DNA of 64,000 nucleotides from an uncultured Acidobacteriota bacterium (GCA_963752045.1 CAVVWN010000014.1:332033-396032); one strand, 5' to 3'. Counted from the first letter of the stretch, positions 33,022 to 42,753 are shown. Notes: generated by a model from the sequence alone, not told the origin. Translations and numbers: made by a program.

Positions 33022-34665
33022 TCACTTCGCTGCCACCGGCACCCTGTTCCACAAGTCTTTCACATCGTCCTCGATGCCGGTCATCTCCCACCGGATGAGC
33101 GCGACAGGAATGTTGCCCGCGGCAAGGAACTGGTCGTGGAACTCGTGGAGGCTGAACCGCTCACCCAGCTGGGCGAACCGGTCTGACAGCAGCTGATCGA
33201 TCTGGAGCTTGCCCATCTGGTAGCCACTGCCGTATCCGGGCCGGCGCAGATAGATCTCCGCGTCCACTCGCGCCACGTCCTCGTCGAGGTACTCTACGTT
33301 GCCCATCATCGACTGCACGGCGTCGGCCACCGTGAACACGTTGGCGTGCATCTGCACTTCGGCCCGCACGCGCGTAGCCCGTTTGATCTGGAACAGATAG
33401 AACAGCTCCTTCGTGCGCGGGCGGCCGTCGAGCAGGCCGGCCTGCAGGAACATCTCTTCGAGATAGAAGCCCCACCCTTCGGTGCGGCCACCATCGCTGA
33501 ACCTGCCGCGAATGGGACGCTCGTCCCGGCGCTGAACCAGCGCGTCGAAGCGGTGACCGGGAATCACGGCGTGGACGTGATCGGGGCGCGGGTCGCGGTA
33601 CTGGATCTCTTCCCAGAAGTTGCGGACGCCTCCCGGCCGGACGATCCACGGCACGTTCGTGTCGAGCGTGGTGACGTACTCGGGAATGGTGAGAATACTC
33701 TCGCGCCGGATGAACTCGCGGATCTCCCGGTCGGCCTCCTGCTTGCGGCGGGCGTACTCTTCCTCGGTCGGCGCCGGCTCGAGCGCCGGCAGGTTCCGGT
33801 TCCGGTTGCGCTCGATCGCCAGAAACGCGCGACCGCGCTCCAGCTCACGCGCACCCAGCCGCAGGTTGTCCTCGGCCGTGTAGGGCATCAGCCGGACGTA
33901 GCGCTGAAAGTAGTCGTAGTTGGCAAGGCCGATGCCGGACGCTGCGTTCATGCGGGCGCGGTTCTCGACGAGCCAGTCGCGGAACCCGGCGACGGCCGCG
34001 CGCGCGCGCTCGACGTCCGGTGCCAGCTCCGGATGGTGCGTCGCCGCCTGCTCGCGGAGGTCGTCGTACCAGCCGATGATGCCGGCCGGTGGCGTCTCCC
34101 GCCAGGGATGGCCGTGCCCCACGCCGTCTGCCTTCTCGAGATTGCGAATCGCGAGCGTTGCGAGCTCGCCCGCAGCCTCGGTGAGCTGGCGCCGGCCGGC
34201 GTCGAGCATCGCCGGCACCGCGTCGAGCCTGGCACGCAGTTGTTCGAGCGCGCGACCTTGCACGGGCAGCCGGGTGAACGGCACGCGCGCGACCTGATCG
34301 ACGTAGAAGCCGGGGTCGCGCGTCCACGGATGCAGCACGCGATGCTCGAAGTCGAGCGCGCGCCACTGGGTGATGACCAGCAGATGGTCGATGCGCCGGT
34401 CGAGCGGCCACGAGGACGAGTCAAACGCGTCCAGCCGACGGCCGATGTCATCGAGGGCGCGCCGGCGCGCCTCCACGGCGGCCGCCGAGTACTCCGGCAC
34501 GCCGCCTGCGGCCTGCGCCCGCTGAGACTCGAGCATTTCGCCGAAGAGAGAGACCAGCGCGTCGTAGCTGGTCGCACCCTGAGTGGAGGATCGAGTGCCC
34601 GTGGCCCAGAGCGGCACGGCCACGAGACATGCGGAAACCGTCACGGCAGCGAACCTGAATCGCAT
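33022..34665 (-). CDS. DUF885 domain-containing protein (exported)
   Basis: 547 aa with a signal peptide and family-typical VIPGHRFD...EGWGFYLEEM...QIKRATRVRAEVQMH. Confidence 0.85.
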   Translation of the reverse strand: MRFRFAAVTVSACLVAVPLWATGTRSSTQGATSYDALVSLFGEMLESQRAQAAGGVPEYSAAAVEARRRALDDIGRRLDAFDSSSWPLDRRIDHLLVITQWRALDFEHRVLHPWTRDPGFYVDQVARVPFTRLPVQGRALEQLRARLDAVPAMLDAGRRQLTEAAGELATLAIRNLEKADGVGHGHPWRETPPAGIIGWYDDLREQAATHHPELAPDVERARAAVAGFRDWLVENRARMNAASGIGLANYDYFQRYVRLMPYTAEDNLRLGARELERGRAFLAIERNRNRNLPALEPAPTEEEYARRKQEADREIREFIRRESILTIPEYVTTLDTNVPWIVRPGGVRNFWEEIQYRDPRPDHVHAVIPGHRFDALVQRRDERPIRGRFSDGGRTEGWGFYLEEMFLQAGLLDGRPRTKELFYLFQIKRATRVRAEVQMHANVFTVADAVQSMMGNVEYLDEDVARVDAEIYLRRPGYGSGYQMGKLQIDQLLSDRFAQLGERFSLHEFHDQFLAAGNIPVALIRWEMTGIEDDVKDLWNRVPVAAK

Positions 34666-34700
34666 GGCGCCATTCTAATCCGCGATAGACTGAACCTCCC

Positions 34701-35225
34701 ATGAGCCAGCTCATCGACCGGTCCGAGGCGGCGGAGTACTACTTCACCTACATCGACAAGGTCGCGCTCGCGCCCGGAGAGGACATCTGCGCCGTGCTTT
34801 CCGCGCAGGCCGATGAGGTGCGGAAGCTGTTCGACAGCATTTCGGAAGAGAAGTCGCGCCACCGGTACGCGCCCGACAAGTGGAGCATCCGGCAGGTGCA
34901 GAGCCACGTCAACGACACCGAGCGCCTCTTTACGTTCCGTGCGCTGTGGTTCGCGCGCGGCTTCGACACGCCGCTGCCGAGCTTCGACCAGGATGCGGCC
35001 ATCGCTGCCGCCGGCGCAGACGACCGGTCGTGGGCCAGTCATGCCGAAGAGTTTCAGGCGGTACGCGGGGCGACCCTGAGCCTGTTCAGGAACCTCCCGG
35101 CCGACGCCTGGACGCGGCGCGGCGTCGCCAGTGGCAACACCTTCAGCGTTCGCGCGCTCGCGTTCATCACCGCCGGGCACGTTGCCCATCACGAGCGGAT
35201 CCTGAGGGAGCGGTACCTGGCCTGA
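34701..35225 (+). CDS. DinB family protein
   Basis: 174 aa with the YAPDKWSIRQVQSHVNDTERLF ... HVAHHERIL His-triad pattern of DinB_2. Confidence 0.85.
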   Translation: MSQLIDRSEAAEYYFTYIDKVALAPGEDICAVLSAQADEVRKLFDSISEEKSRHRYAPDKWSIRQVQSHVNDTERLFTFRALWFARGFDTPLPSFDQDAAIAAAGADDRSWASHAEEFQAVRGATLSLFRNLPADAWTRRGVASGNTFSVRALAFITAGHVAHHERILRERYLA

Positions 35226-35257
35226 TCCAGGCCGGTGCGCTCTGGCGTAGGCGTACG

Positions 35258-35307
35258 TAGGGGCCGGCTTCAGCCGGCCAGGCAGGCGGGCTGAAGCCCG
35301 CCCCTCC
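35258..35307. repeat. twin-hairpin REP-like unit / bidirectional terminator between convergent genes
   Basis: GGCCGGC-ttca-GCCGGCC (35262-35279) is followed by GGCGGGC-tgaa-GCCCGCC (35285-35302). The 21-mer AGGGGCCGGCTTCAGCCGGCC recurs at 36883. Confidence 0.6.
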
Positions 35308-35345
35308 ATCAACCGTGCGCGCGGAACCCGGATCGCGATAGCCCG

Positions 35346-35816
35346 CTACCGGATCCGCTCGTAGGTGGCGAAGCTCACCGAATCGGGCCGGCCGTCCGTC
35401 CCCGGCCGCATGTAGATGATGCCGATCGTGTTGCCGTCAGGCGACAGCACGTTCGTGAGGACCTGGGACACACGCCCGTTCTGCTTGTACACGATCTCCG
35501 CCGTTCGCTCGGTGATCATCCGCACGGCCGCCGTCTGCCCGTCGCGGCCCGCCACCGGCTCGTCCTTCGCGTCGAACATCGTCGTGTAGCCCCACTGGGA
35601 CGCTTCGCCGCGGCTGTTCACCGCATCGATGGTCACGCGCATGCCGCCGTCACCGAACGGCGCGTAGGTCATGACGTTGCTCTGCGGCGCCGGCGCCTCC
35701 GACTTCAGCTTCCATCGTCCGAAGCGGGGGTTGGAGCCCTGTGCCGCCGTCGTTGCGGCAAGCGCGACGATGACGGTCGCGACGATGATCGAGGCGCCGA
35801 TGGCGGTCTTCCGCAT
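35346..35816 (-). CDS. exported hypothetical protein
   Basis: The start is taken at MRKTAIGASIIVATVIVALAATTAAQG (signal peptide). Coding bias is good; I recognise no family. Confidence 0.6.
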   Translation of the reverse strand: MRKTAIGASIIVATVIVALAATTAAQGSNPRFGRWKLKSEAPAPQSNVMTYAPFGDGGMRVTIDAVNSRGEASQWGYTTMFDAKDEPVAGRDGQTAAVRMITERTAEIVYKQNGRVSQVLTNVLSPDGNTIGIIYMRPGTDGRPDSVSFATYERIR

Positions 35817-35933
35817 GGAATGTGCCCTCCTGAATGACGCGATCATACCCGGCCGTCGAACGGACCGGGATCAGGACCTCCGCGGTTCTGTGGTAGCCTG
35901 CGCCCGATTTCAGGCACATCAGATGGAGGCAAG

Positions 35934-36869
35934 ATGCACATGCGCCAACTCGTCGTCATCGCCGGGATGACCGTCTCGGCGGCCGTGCTGGTCGCCCAGG
36001 GCTCGAGAGCCCCGGAGTCTTCAGCTGATTCGGCGAGTCTCTCGCAGCGCGGCGGGCGGGCGCAGATGACGCCCGAGCAGCGCGAAGCCGCTGCCCGCCA
36101 GGCGCACGAAGAGGAGGCGGCCAGGCCCCGGCCAATTGCCGCGCGCGACAGCGTCTGGATCGAGGAATTGACCTACCTCGAGGTGCGCGACGCGATGAAG
36201 GCCGGCAAAACGACCGCGCTCGTCTTCGCCGGCAGCACCGAGCAGAACGGGCCGTATCTCGCGGGCGCCAAGCACCAGTACGCCATCCGGCTCGTGGCCG
36301 AGGCCATTGCGCGGTCGCTCGGCGACGCGCTGGTGGCGCCGGTCATTCCGCTGGAAGCCGGAAGCCCGGACAATCGGTATCTCGAATGGGGCAGCCTGTA
36401 CCTCACGGCCGACACGTTTCGCGCCGTGATCCGCGACGTCGCCACCAGTCTGAAGAGCCAGGGCTTCGGGCACATCATGCTGATGGGCGACAGCGGCGGC
36501 AACACGGCGGGCCTGCGCGCCGTGGCCGAGGAGCTTTCTGCAGCCTGGGGCGGCACGCCCTCGGTCCATCACATCCCCGAGTACTACAACTGGACGAGCC
36601 CGGGCGGCGTGCGGCAGTTCGTGCTCGACAGCGGCATCCCCGAGAAGATCAACGCCGACGGCATTCACGACGAGTATGGCCTCACGGCCGTGATGATGGC
36701 CTACGACCCGGCAACCGCCCGCTACGACGAGCGGAAGGCGGCCGACAAGCTCACGATCAACGGCGTGAGCATCGCCGACAAGGACGCCGTCATCGCGATG
36801 GGCCGGAAGATCGTCGAGTTCCGCGCGAAGGTGGCCGTCGACGCGATTCGCAAGGCACGCGGGCGATAG
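35934..36869 (+). CDS. creatininase family protein with an N-terminal signal peptide
   Basis: 311 aa with FAGSTEQNGPYL and MLMGDSGGN, which are typical of the creatinine amidohydrolase family. The N-terminus is hydrophobic and followed by a low-complexity linker. Confidence 0.75.
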   Translation: MHMRQLVVIAGMTVSAAVLVAQGSRAPESSADSASLSQRGGRAQMTPEQREAAARQAHEEEAARPRPIAARDSVWIEELTYLEVRDAMKAGKTTALVFAGSTEQNGPYLAGAKHQYAIRLVAEAIARSLGDALVAPVIPLEAGSPDNRYLEWGSLYLTADTFRAVIRDVATSLKSQGFGHIMLMGDSGGNTAGLRAVAEELSAAWGGTPSVHHIPEYYNWTSPGGVRQFVLDSGIPEKINADGIHDEYGLTAVMMAYDPATARYDERKAADKLTINGVSIADKDAVIAMGRKIVEFRAKVAVDAIRKARGR

Positions 36870-36880
36870 GCCGGCACCAC

Positions 36881-36935
36881 GGAGGGGCCGGCTTCAGCCG
36901 GCCCGTGTGGGGGCGGGTTGAAACCAGCCCCTCCC
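36881..36935. repeat. twin-hairpin REP-like unit, second copy
   Basis: GGGCCGGC-ttca-GCCGGCCC (36885-36904) is followed by a degenerate GGGGCGGGTT/AACCAGCCCC hairpin, all enclosed by GGAGGGG...CCCCTCC. It lies between convergent genes. Confidence 0.6.
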
Positions 36936-36943
36936 GAGCTCCT

Positions 36944-38761
36944 TCAGAACCCTATCGTCCAGAACATCGCCTGGTAGATCCAGACGGTGTACGCGATTCG
37001 CGTGCCGTCCGGTGACCACACCGGCTGCGTCTTGTGTGACGGATCGGTCGTCACCTGAACCGGTGTCGCGCCCGCCGCGAGCGGAAGACGAAAGACCTGA
37101 AAGAACCCATCCTCCGCGCGTTGAATGAACGCCACGTCGCGTCCGTCCGGAGACGCGGCCAGCCCCGGAAAGTCGTGCTCGCTGGCGAAGCGGTGGACAA
37201 CGCTGGCCGCGCCGCCACCGGCCGGCACGCTGAAGATGACGTGCCGTCCAGCAGATTCCCGCGCAATGGCCACCACCGTGTTGCCGTCGCCGAGCCACTC
37301 GCCATGCAGCACGTCGCCGGCGACGCCCCTCACCTCGATCTCACGCGCCTCCCCGGCCTCACCGGATGCCTGATCGACGCCGACGACGAACATGACGGAG
37401 CGACCGGTGGCCGGGCTTGCGCCGTCGAAGAGCACGAGCCGGCCGTCTGGCGACCAGCGCGGCCACCCCACTTCGGCGCCACGGCCGAGGAACGTGATGC
37501 GACGGTCGGGGCTCGACCCATCAGCCGGGCGCAGCCACACGTCATCGGACATCTCGCGGTGCGAGTGAAAGGCAATCCACCGGCCGTTCGGCGACCACGT
37601 CATCGCCTGGTCCTCGGAAACGGAGCTGGCGATGATCTCGAGCGGCTCGGCAGCCCCTCTCGCCTCGGGGCCGGAGGCGATCGTGCCGATGTGTTGCGCG
37701 ATATCCGGATAGTTGGCGTCATCGATCACGCGGCGCCATGTGCCGAAGGTGACGGCGATGGTGCGCCCGTCGGGCGCGTACGACGGCGTCTCGGACTGAA
37801 ACGTGGCGAGTTGCCGGTACGCGCCCTCGGAAAGGTCCATCTCGGTGACGAACGTGCGATAGCTCTGCGTCTTGAAGAGCACCGTGCCGTCCTCGGCCAC
37901 CGACGGCGCGTAGGTGTCTCGATCGAACTCGGTGATCCGGCTGGCGCGGCCGCTCCGCCAGTCGGCAGACCAGAGGTCGACCATGCCGCGTTCGTTCGGA
38001 GACGCGAAGTAGATCGTGCCGCCGTCGGGCGAGAACGCGATGGGCCCGACGACGTCGACGTCGGGTGAGAACGCGCGGGCCTCTGCGCCGCATGGCGAGC
38101 TGACGTGCGACCGCCCCTCGCGGGTCACGATGCAGGCGATCTCGCCGGCGGGCGTCCAGGCCGGCGCCGACAGTCGTCCGGTGATGCGACGCACCTCGGC
38201 GGTTGCGCCGTCGGCGGCAATGCGCCAGAGCTCGGGCCCTTCCGGGCCCGATGCCGTGGCGGCCAGCCACAGCCCGTCGGGCGACGCCGCGAGATTCCGG
38301 AGATCGTTCGGGTGTGCGACGCTCGCGGCGCCCGAATCTGGATCGACGGCTTCCAGACGCTCCCGCGCGCCGAAGAGCGGCGCGCGAGTCCCGCGGTCCA
38401 CATCGAGCAGCCACCAGCGCGACGCGGCCCGCGTGTCTTCCGCGACGAGCGTCGCGCCCGCTCCGCTCCACGCGAGATGCCGCACCTGGCCTTCGGCGGC
38501 CGGCAGCTCGAGCGACGCACCTCCTCCGGTCGGCACGACGCGCACGTAGGCGCCTTCGCTATAGGCAATGCGCGCGCCGTCGGGAGAGATCACGCCAACC
38601 GGGTCGCGATAGCCAACCACACCTCGCTGGTGGGCGGTTGCCACCCAGGCGAGTCGATCGTCCGGACCGGCAGACCGGTCGGGCCGCCGCACGGTATACA
38701 GCACGCCAACCCCGACGATGAGGACCAGGGCGAGCACGAGCTTGCGCAGGTTCGACGGCAT
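36944..38761 (-). CDS. membrane-anchored TolB-like beta-propeller (PD40 repeat) protein
   Basis: ATG 38761 starts MPSNLRKLVLALVLIVGVGVLY (N-terminal anchor). It has repeated SPDG..IA(F/Y) PD40 motifs; the upstream 133 codons of the track ORF are junk. Confidence 0.8.
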   Translation of the reverse strand: MPSNLRKLVLALVLIVGVGVLYTVRRPDRSAGPDDRLAWVATAHQRGVVGYRDPVGVISPDGARIAYSEGAYVRVVPTGGGASLELPAAEGQVRHLAWSGAGATLVAEDTRAASRWWLLDVDRGTRAPLFGARERLEAVDPDSGAASVAHPNDLRNLAASPDGLWLAATASGPEGPELWRIAADGATAEVRRITGRLSAPAWTPAGEIACIVTREGRSHVSSPCGAEARAFSPDVDVVGPIAFSPDGGTIYFASPNERGMVDLWSADWRSGRASRITEFDRDTYAPSVAEDGTVLFKTQSYRTFVTEMDLSEGAYRQLATFQSETPSYAPDGRTIAVTFGTWRRVIDDANYPDIAQHIGTIASGPEARGAAEPLEIIASSVSEDQAMTWSPNGRWIAFHSHREMSDDVWLRPADGSSPDRRITFLGRGAEVGWPRWSPDGRLVLFDGASPATGRSVMFVVGVDQASGEAGEAREIEVRGVAGDVLHGEWLGDGNTVVAIARESAGRHVIFSVPAGGGAASVVHRFASEHDFPGLAASPDGRDVAFIQRAEDGFFQVFRLPLAAGATPVQVTTDPSHKTQPVWSPDGTRIAYTVWIYQAMFWTIGF

Positions 38762-38786
38762 CGGCGGATTGTACGGCAGGGCGGGG

Positions 38787-40931
38787 TCAGAGCCGGCCGA
38801 TCGCTTCCAGCATTCTCCGAAGCGCCGCCTCGATGCGCGCCACCTCGCGGTCGACGGCCGGCTGATCGCGCAGTCGGACCGCATCGGCCAGGCCCGGCAG
38901 CGGCTGGCCGGCATAGAGGGAGTAGATGTTCCAGCCGTAGATGACGTGCCGGTACCAGCGCGCGTCGGCCGGCTCGCCTTCGTCGAGCAGCGTCTGTTCG
39001 ACACGCGCGAGGCCGTCGTTGAGCGCGCGTGCGCCTTCGGCGTCGAGCGTTCCGTCGGCAAGCCCGGTATCGATCCGTTCTTCGAGCACCCGCGCCCGTC
39101 CGACGATCGCCTGCGCGAGACGACGGGCTTCCGCAAGGTCGACGCGGACGGCCGGTCCATCGGTCGCGTCGGCGGCCCAGCCCGGCGCGGCCTCGAGAAA
39201 CCGGTCGATCGTCTCCGCGTAGAACGCGTAGCGGAACGGCAGCACGGGCGCCGCTGCCAGCCGCATCATCGACAGACCAAGCACGCCCACGAGCGTCTCG
39301 CCGACGACGAAGCCCGGGTCGCTCCAGTGCTCGAGGTACCACCGGGTGTCGTAGTTCGAGTGATAGGTGCCGTAGCTGCCTTCGAAGTCGAACTCCATCT
39401 GCAGCGTGGGCAGGCCGAGGTGGTCCTGGAACGCGACGAAATCCGCGCCGCTGCCGAGCGCGGCCAGTTCGACCTCGAAGTCGTCGTCTCCGCGAGGCCG
39501 ACCGGCGGGCGCGCGCGCGAGCGCGTCGGCGCGCCAGCCATCGTACACGCTGCCGCCTTCGTCGAATGCCGGCACGTCCTTCGTGACCTCCACGAGGAAG
39601 TCGCGGAGCGACGGCGTGCCGCCGCCGTCGAACCGGCCCCGCATGTAGAGGTCGGTGTTGACGTACGTCACCGCCTTGGCGCGCAGCTCATCGGCGAACG
39701 CTTCGGCGAACTCCGTCGATCCAATCAGCCCGAACTCCTCGGCGTCCCAGAAGGCGAAAAGGATCGACCGCTCGGGCACCCAGCCGCTCCGCCGCAACTC
39801 GGCGAGCCCGCGCGCCGTTTCGAACACCGCCGACAGGCCGCTGCCGGGATCCATGCCACCAAAGGTCCACGCGTCATGATGCGTGCCGAGGATCACCCAG
39901 CGATTCGGGTCGCGGCCGGTGATGCGCCCGATCACGTTCCGGATGGGCCTCCGGCCCTGATCCATCTGGACGTCGATCGATACCGACGCGGGACCGGGAC
40001 CGATTCTGTACGGGATTCGAAGACCGCCCCGAAACGCCTCGGGCGCTTCCGGTCCGCCCATCTGCTTCAGGATTACTTCGGCTTCCTTCCAGGCCAGCGG
40101 AACGGCCGGGATCTTCGGCAGCGTGGGAACCGCGGCCGGGTCGAGCACGGGCGCGTCCGACGTGGCGGCAAAGCCGGGCGAGAGCGGATCGCCGTGCCAG
40201 AACCAGCTGTACTTCCCGTTGCCGCGCTGAATCTGAAAGTCTCCGCGCCACGGCCCTTCGGGCCACGTCCCGCCCCTGACGTAGCCGTCGTCGGCCGGGT
40301 CGCTGTAGATGAGGATGCCACGCGCGCCGTGCGTCTCTGCTGTATGGATCTTCACGGCGCGATGGCTGCGCCCGTATCGCGCGAGCACGATCTTCCCCGT
40401 CACGTCGATGCCGGCTGCTTCGATCGCGGCGTAGTCAGGCGGCAGGCCATAGTTGACGTAGACCACCTCGCCGCTCGCTCGTCCCGAGGTCGAGTAGGCC
40501 ACGTAGCCCGGACCAAGCTCCGCATGAGACGAATCGGGGTCCTCGGGCATGGCCGGCTCGGTGACCTCGAGCGGCTGCGACATGGGCGCGGTCATCGTCA
40601 CCGACACGGAGCGCGGGGTGGACAGGAGCACGTCGTAGTCGTGTGTTTCGGTCTCGAGGCCGGCGTCCTCGAGCGCCTGCCGCATCGTCTCGGCGACCTC
40701 GAGCGACGCCGCACTACCGGCCACGTGCGGGCGCGCCGTCACGCGCGCGTGAATCTCCGACATGGCGTCGCGAGAGATACCGGCGAGGAAACGCCGCTCG
40801 GCGTCTCGTTCGATCGCGGCGCGTGCGGGATCGAAGCCGATGAGGGAAGCCGCGTCCGGGCCGGCTCCGCACCCTGCGGTGAGAACCGCGGCCAGCACGG
40901 CCCAGACTGCCCTGTGTTGTTTGGCCATCAT
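38787..40931 (-). CDS. M28 family peptidase, PSMA/transferrin-receptor-like (PA domain + M28 + dimerisation domain), lipoprotein
   Basis: 714 aa with a lipobox (LTAGC). Motifs are VVYVNYG..D, LGTHHDAWTFGGMDPGSG and FAFWDAEEFGLIGSTEF. Confidence 0.9.
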   Translation of the reverse strand: MMAKQHRAVWAVLAAVLTAGCGAGPDAASLIGFDPARAAIERDAERRFLAGISRDAMSEIHARVTARPHVAGSAASLEVAETMRQALEDAGLETETHDYDVLLSTPRSVSVTMTAPMSQPLEVTEPAMPEDPDSSHAELGPGYVAYSTSGRASGEVVYVNYGLPPDYAAIEAAGIDVTGKIVLARYGRSHRAVKIHTAETHGARGILIYSDPADDGYVRGGTWPEGPWRGDFQIQRGNGKYSWFWHGDPLSPGFAATSDAPVLDPAAVPTLPKIPAVPLAWKEAEVILKQMGGPEAPEAFRGGLRIPYRIGPGPASVSIDVQMDQGRRPIRNVIGRITGRDPNRWVILGTHHDAWTFGGMDPGSGLSAVFETARGLAELRRSGWVPERSILFAFWDAEEFGLIGSTEFAEAFADELRAKAVTYVNTDLYMRGRFDGGGTPSLRDFLVEVTKDVPAFDEGGSVYDGWRADALARAPAGRPRGDDDFEVELAALGSGADFVAFQDHLGLPTLQMEFDFEGSYGTYHSNYDTRWYLEHWSDPGFVVGETLVGVLGLSMMRLAAAPVLPFRYAFYAETIDRFLEAAPGWAADATDGPAVRVDLAEARRLAQAIVGRARVLEERIDTGLADGTLDAEGARALNDGLARVEQTLLDEGEPADARWYRHVIYGWNIYSLYAGQPLPGLADAVRLRDQPAVDREVARIEAALRRMLEAIGRL

Positions 40932-42739
40932 CGTGGAATCACCGGAAGGATGAGGCGCGAGGGCCGGGCCGCATCGTGAAAGACGGTTTGGTCGGCCCTG
41001 CGGAACGACGCGTCTTCACCGAACGGGCCGCCGGTGTTCGGGTTGCGGTCGAACCTGGGAAAGTTGCTGCTCGAGACGTGCACACGGATGCGGTGTCCGG
41101 CCCGGAACAGATTGCTCGTGGCGCCGAGGTCGATGGCGATCTCGGTGGGTGCGCCCGGCGTGAGCAGCTCCGGCGTGGTCCGGCTCCGCCGGTACCGCGC
41201 ACGCAGGATGCCGTCGTTGATGGCGCGCGCGGTGCCGTCGGGGTGCACGTCGACGAGCGTCGCCGTGAAATCGGTGTCGCGCGCCGACGAAGCGATCCAC
41301 AGCACGAGCCGCAGGTGGCCGGTCACCTCGAGGTCGTCGTCGAGCGGATCAGTGGTGTAGACGAGCACGTCCGGCCGGTCCTCAACCGTCCGCTGATCGG
41401 ATGGCCGGCGCGAATACCCGCCGGCCGCCCCGGTCGGCACGGGGTTGCCGGGATCGTACGTGAAGCGATCCGGCGACTGGTCGGCCGGCGCGGTCAGCTC
41501 GAGCCGGCCGTCACCCGCGCGCGCATTGGCACTGCCGCCGCTGTGCAGGTAGAAGGCCGTTTCGCGCGCCCGCCGGAGCGGCCACTCCAGTTCGTCGCGC
41601 CATACGTTTTCGCCCATGACGAAGATGCGCACGGGCGCCGTCGCCTCGGGATCGTAGCGGGCTGTGGGGTCCATCGGAGGGTCTCGAGCATCCGCGCTGC
41701 CCAGCCAGTACGCGAACCATGCGTCCCGCAGCGCGTCGGCCGCAAACCCTGCCGCCGGGCCGAACTCGACGTCGCCAATGCTCGTGCTGTCCGCGGTGGG
41801 CCTCGCGTGCGTCCACGGTCCGATGATCAGGCGCTGATGCCGGCGCGCCGTGTCGGTGGCGGCCCGCGCGCGGAGGCCCGTGAAGTTCGCGATCGTGCCG
41901 CCGAGCAGCGTGTCGTACCAGCCCGTGATGTGAAACGCGGGAACCTCGAACCGATCGTGCCGGGCCGCGATGTCGAACGTCTCCCAGAACGTGTCGTAGC
42001 TCGGATGGTCCAGCATCCGGCGGTAGCCCGGCGCGAACCGCTGCAGGTCCAGCGCGTCCATCGTCTTGAGCGGCAGATGCCAGAGCCACTCTGAGCCAAG
42101 GAGCCGTCTCGCCTCAGCATCCAGACCGATGGGCCCGTCACGGTCGACGCCGGGCGTGAGCACGCGCCGGCGCACGTCCATCGCCTGGCCGAGATTCCAC
42201 GACAGGCCGTCGCCGAGATAGAACGCCCCGCCCTGGAACACCATGTCGTACCGGCTGGCGTACGACGACGAGGGGAAGAGCGCCGTCAGGCCATCAGGCT
42301 GAAGCGTGGCGGCCTGGAGCTGCGTGGTGGCCAGGTAACTGCCGCCCCACATGCCGACGCGTCCGTCCGCGTACGGCAACGACCGCGCCCATGCGATCGT
42401 GTCGAAGCCGTCCTCGGCTTCGTCATGCGGGTTCGCCACGCCGTCCGACGTGTACCGCCCGCGCGTGTCCTGCACGACGACGACGTAGCCGCGCGCGGCG
42501 AGCCGGCGGAAGCCATCGACGGCGCTCGCGCCTGAGTTCTTCGAATATGGCGTGCGCTGAAGCAGCACGGGATACCGGCCTGGCGCGTCGGGCCGGTACA
42601 CGTCTGCCCGCAGCACGACACCGTCGCGCATCCGGGCCTCGGCGTTCTTCCCCACGACGACCGCGTCGGTGGGACCGCTGGAGAGAACCATGGCGGCCGC
42701 GAGCGCGGCTGCTCGAACCGTGGAGCCCGGACTGGCCAT
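40928..42739 (-). CDS. CocE/NonD family hydrolase (S15 X-Pro dipeptidyl-peptidase-like)
   Basis: 603 aa with LLQRTPYSK, VVVQDTRGRYTSDG and GMWGGSYLATTQ (nucleophile elbow). There is an ATGA overlap with the M28 gene. Confidence 0.9.
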   Translation of the reverse strand: MASPGSTVRAAALAAAMVLSSGPTDAVVVGKNAEARMRDGVVLRADVYRPDAPGRYPVLLQRTPYSKNSGASAVDGFRRLAARGYVVVVQDTRGRYTSDGVANPHDEAEDGFDTIAWARSLPYADGRVGMWGGSYLATTQLQAATLQPDGLTALFPSSSYASRYDMVFQGGAFYLGDGLSWNLGQAMDVRRRVLTPGVDRDGPIGLDAEARRLLGSEWLWHLPLKTMDALDLQRFAPGYRRMLDHPSYDTFWETFDIAARHDRFEVPAFHITGWYDTLLGGTIANFTGLRARAATDTARRHQRLIIGPWTHARPTADSTSIGDVEFGPAAGFAADALRDAWFAYWLGSADARDPPMDPTARYDPEATAPVRIFVMGENVWRDELEWPLRRARETAFYLHSGGSANARAGDGRLELTAPADQSPDRFTYDPGNPVPTGAAGGYSRRPSDQRTVEDRPDVLVYTTDPLDDDLEVTGHLRLVLWIASSARDTDFTATLVDVHPDGTARAINDGILRARYRRSRTTPELLTPGAPTEIAIDLGATSNLFRAGHRIRVHVSSSNFPRFDRNPNTGGPFGEDASFRRADQTVFHDAARPSRLILPVIPR

Positions 42740-42753
42740 GACCCGCGCATCTT

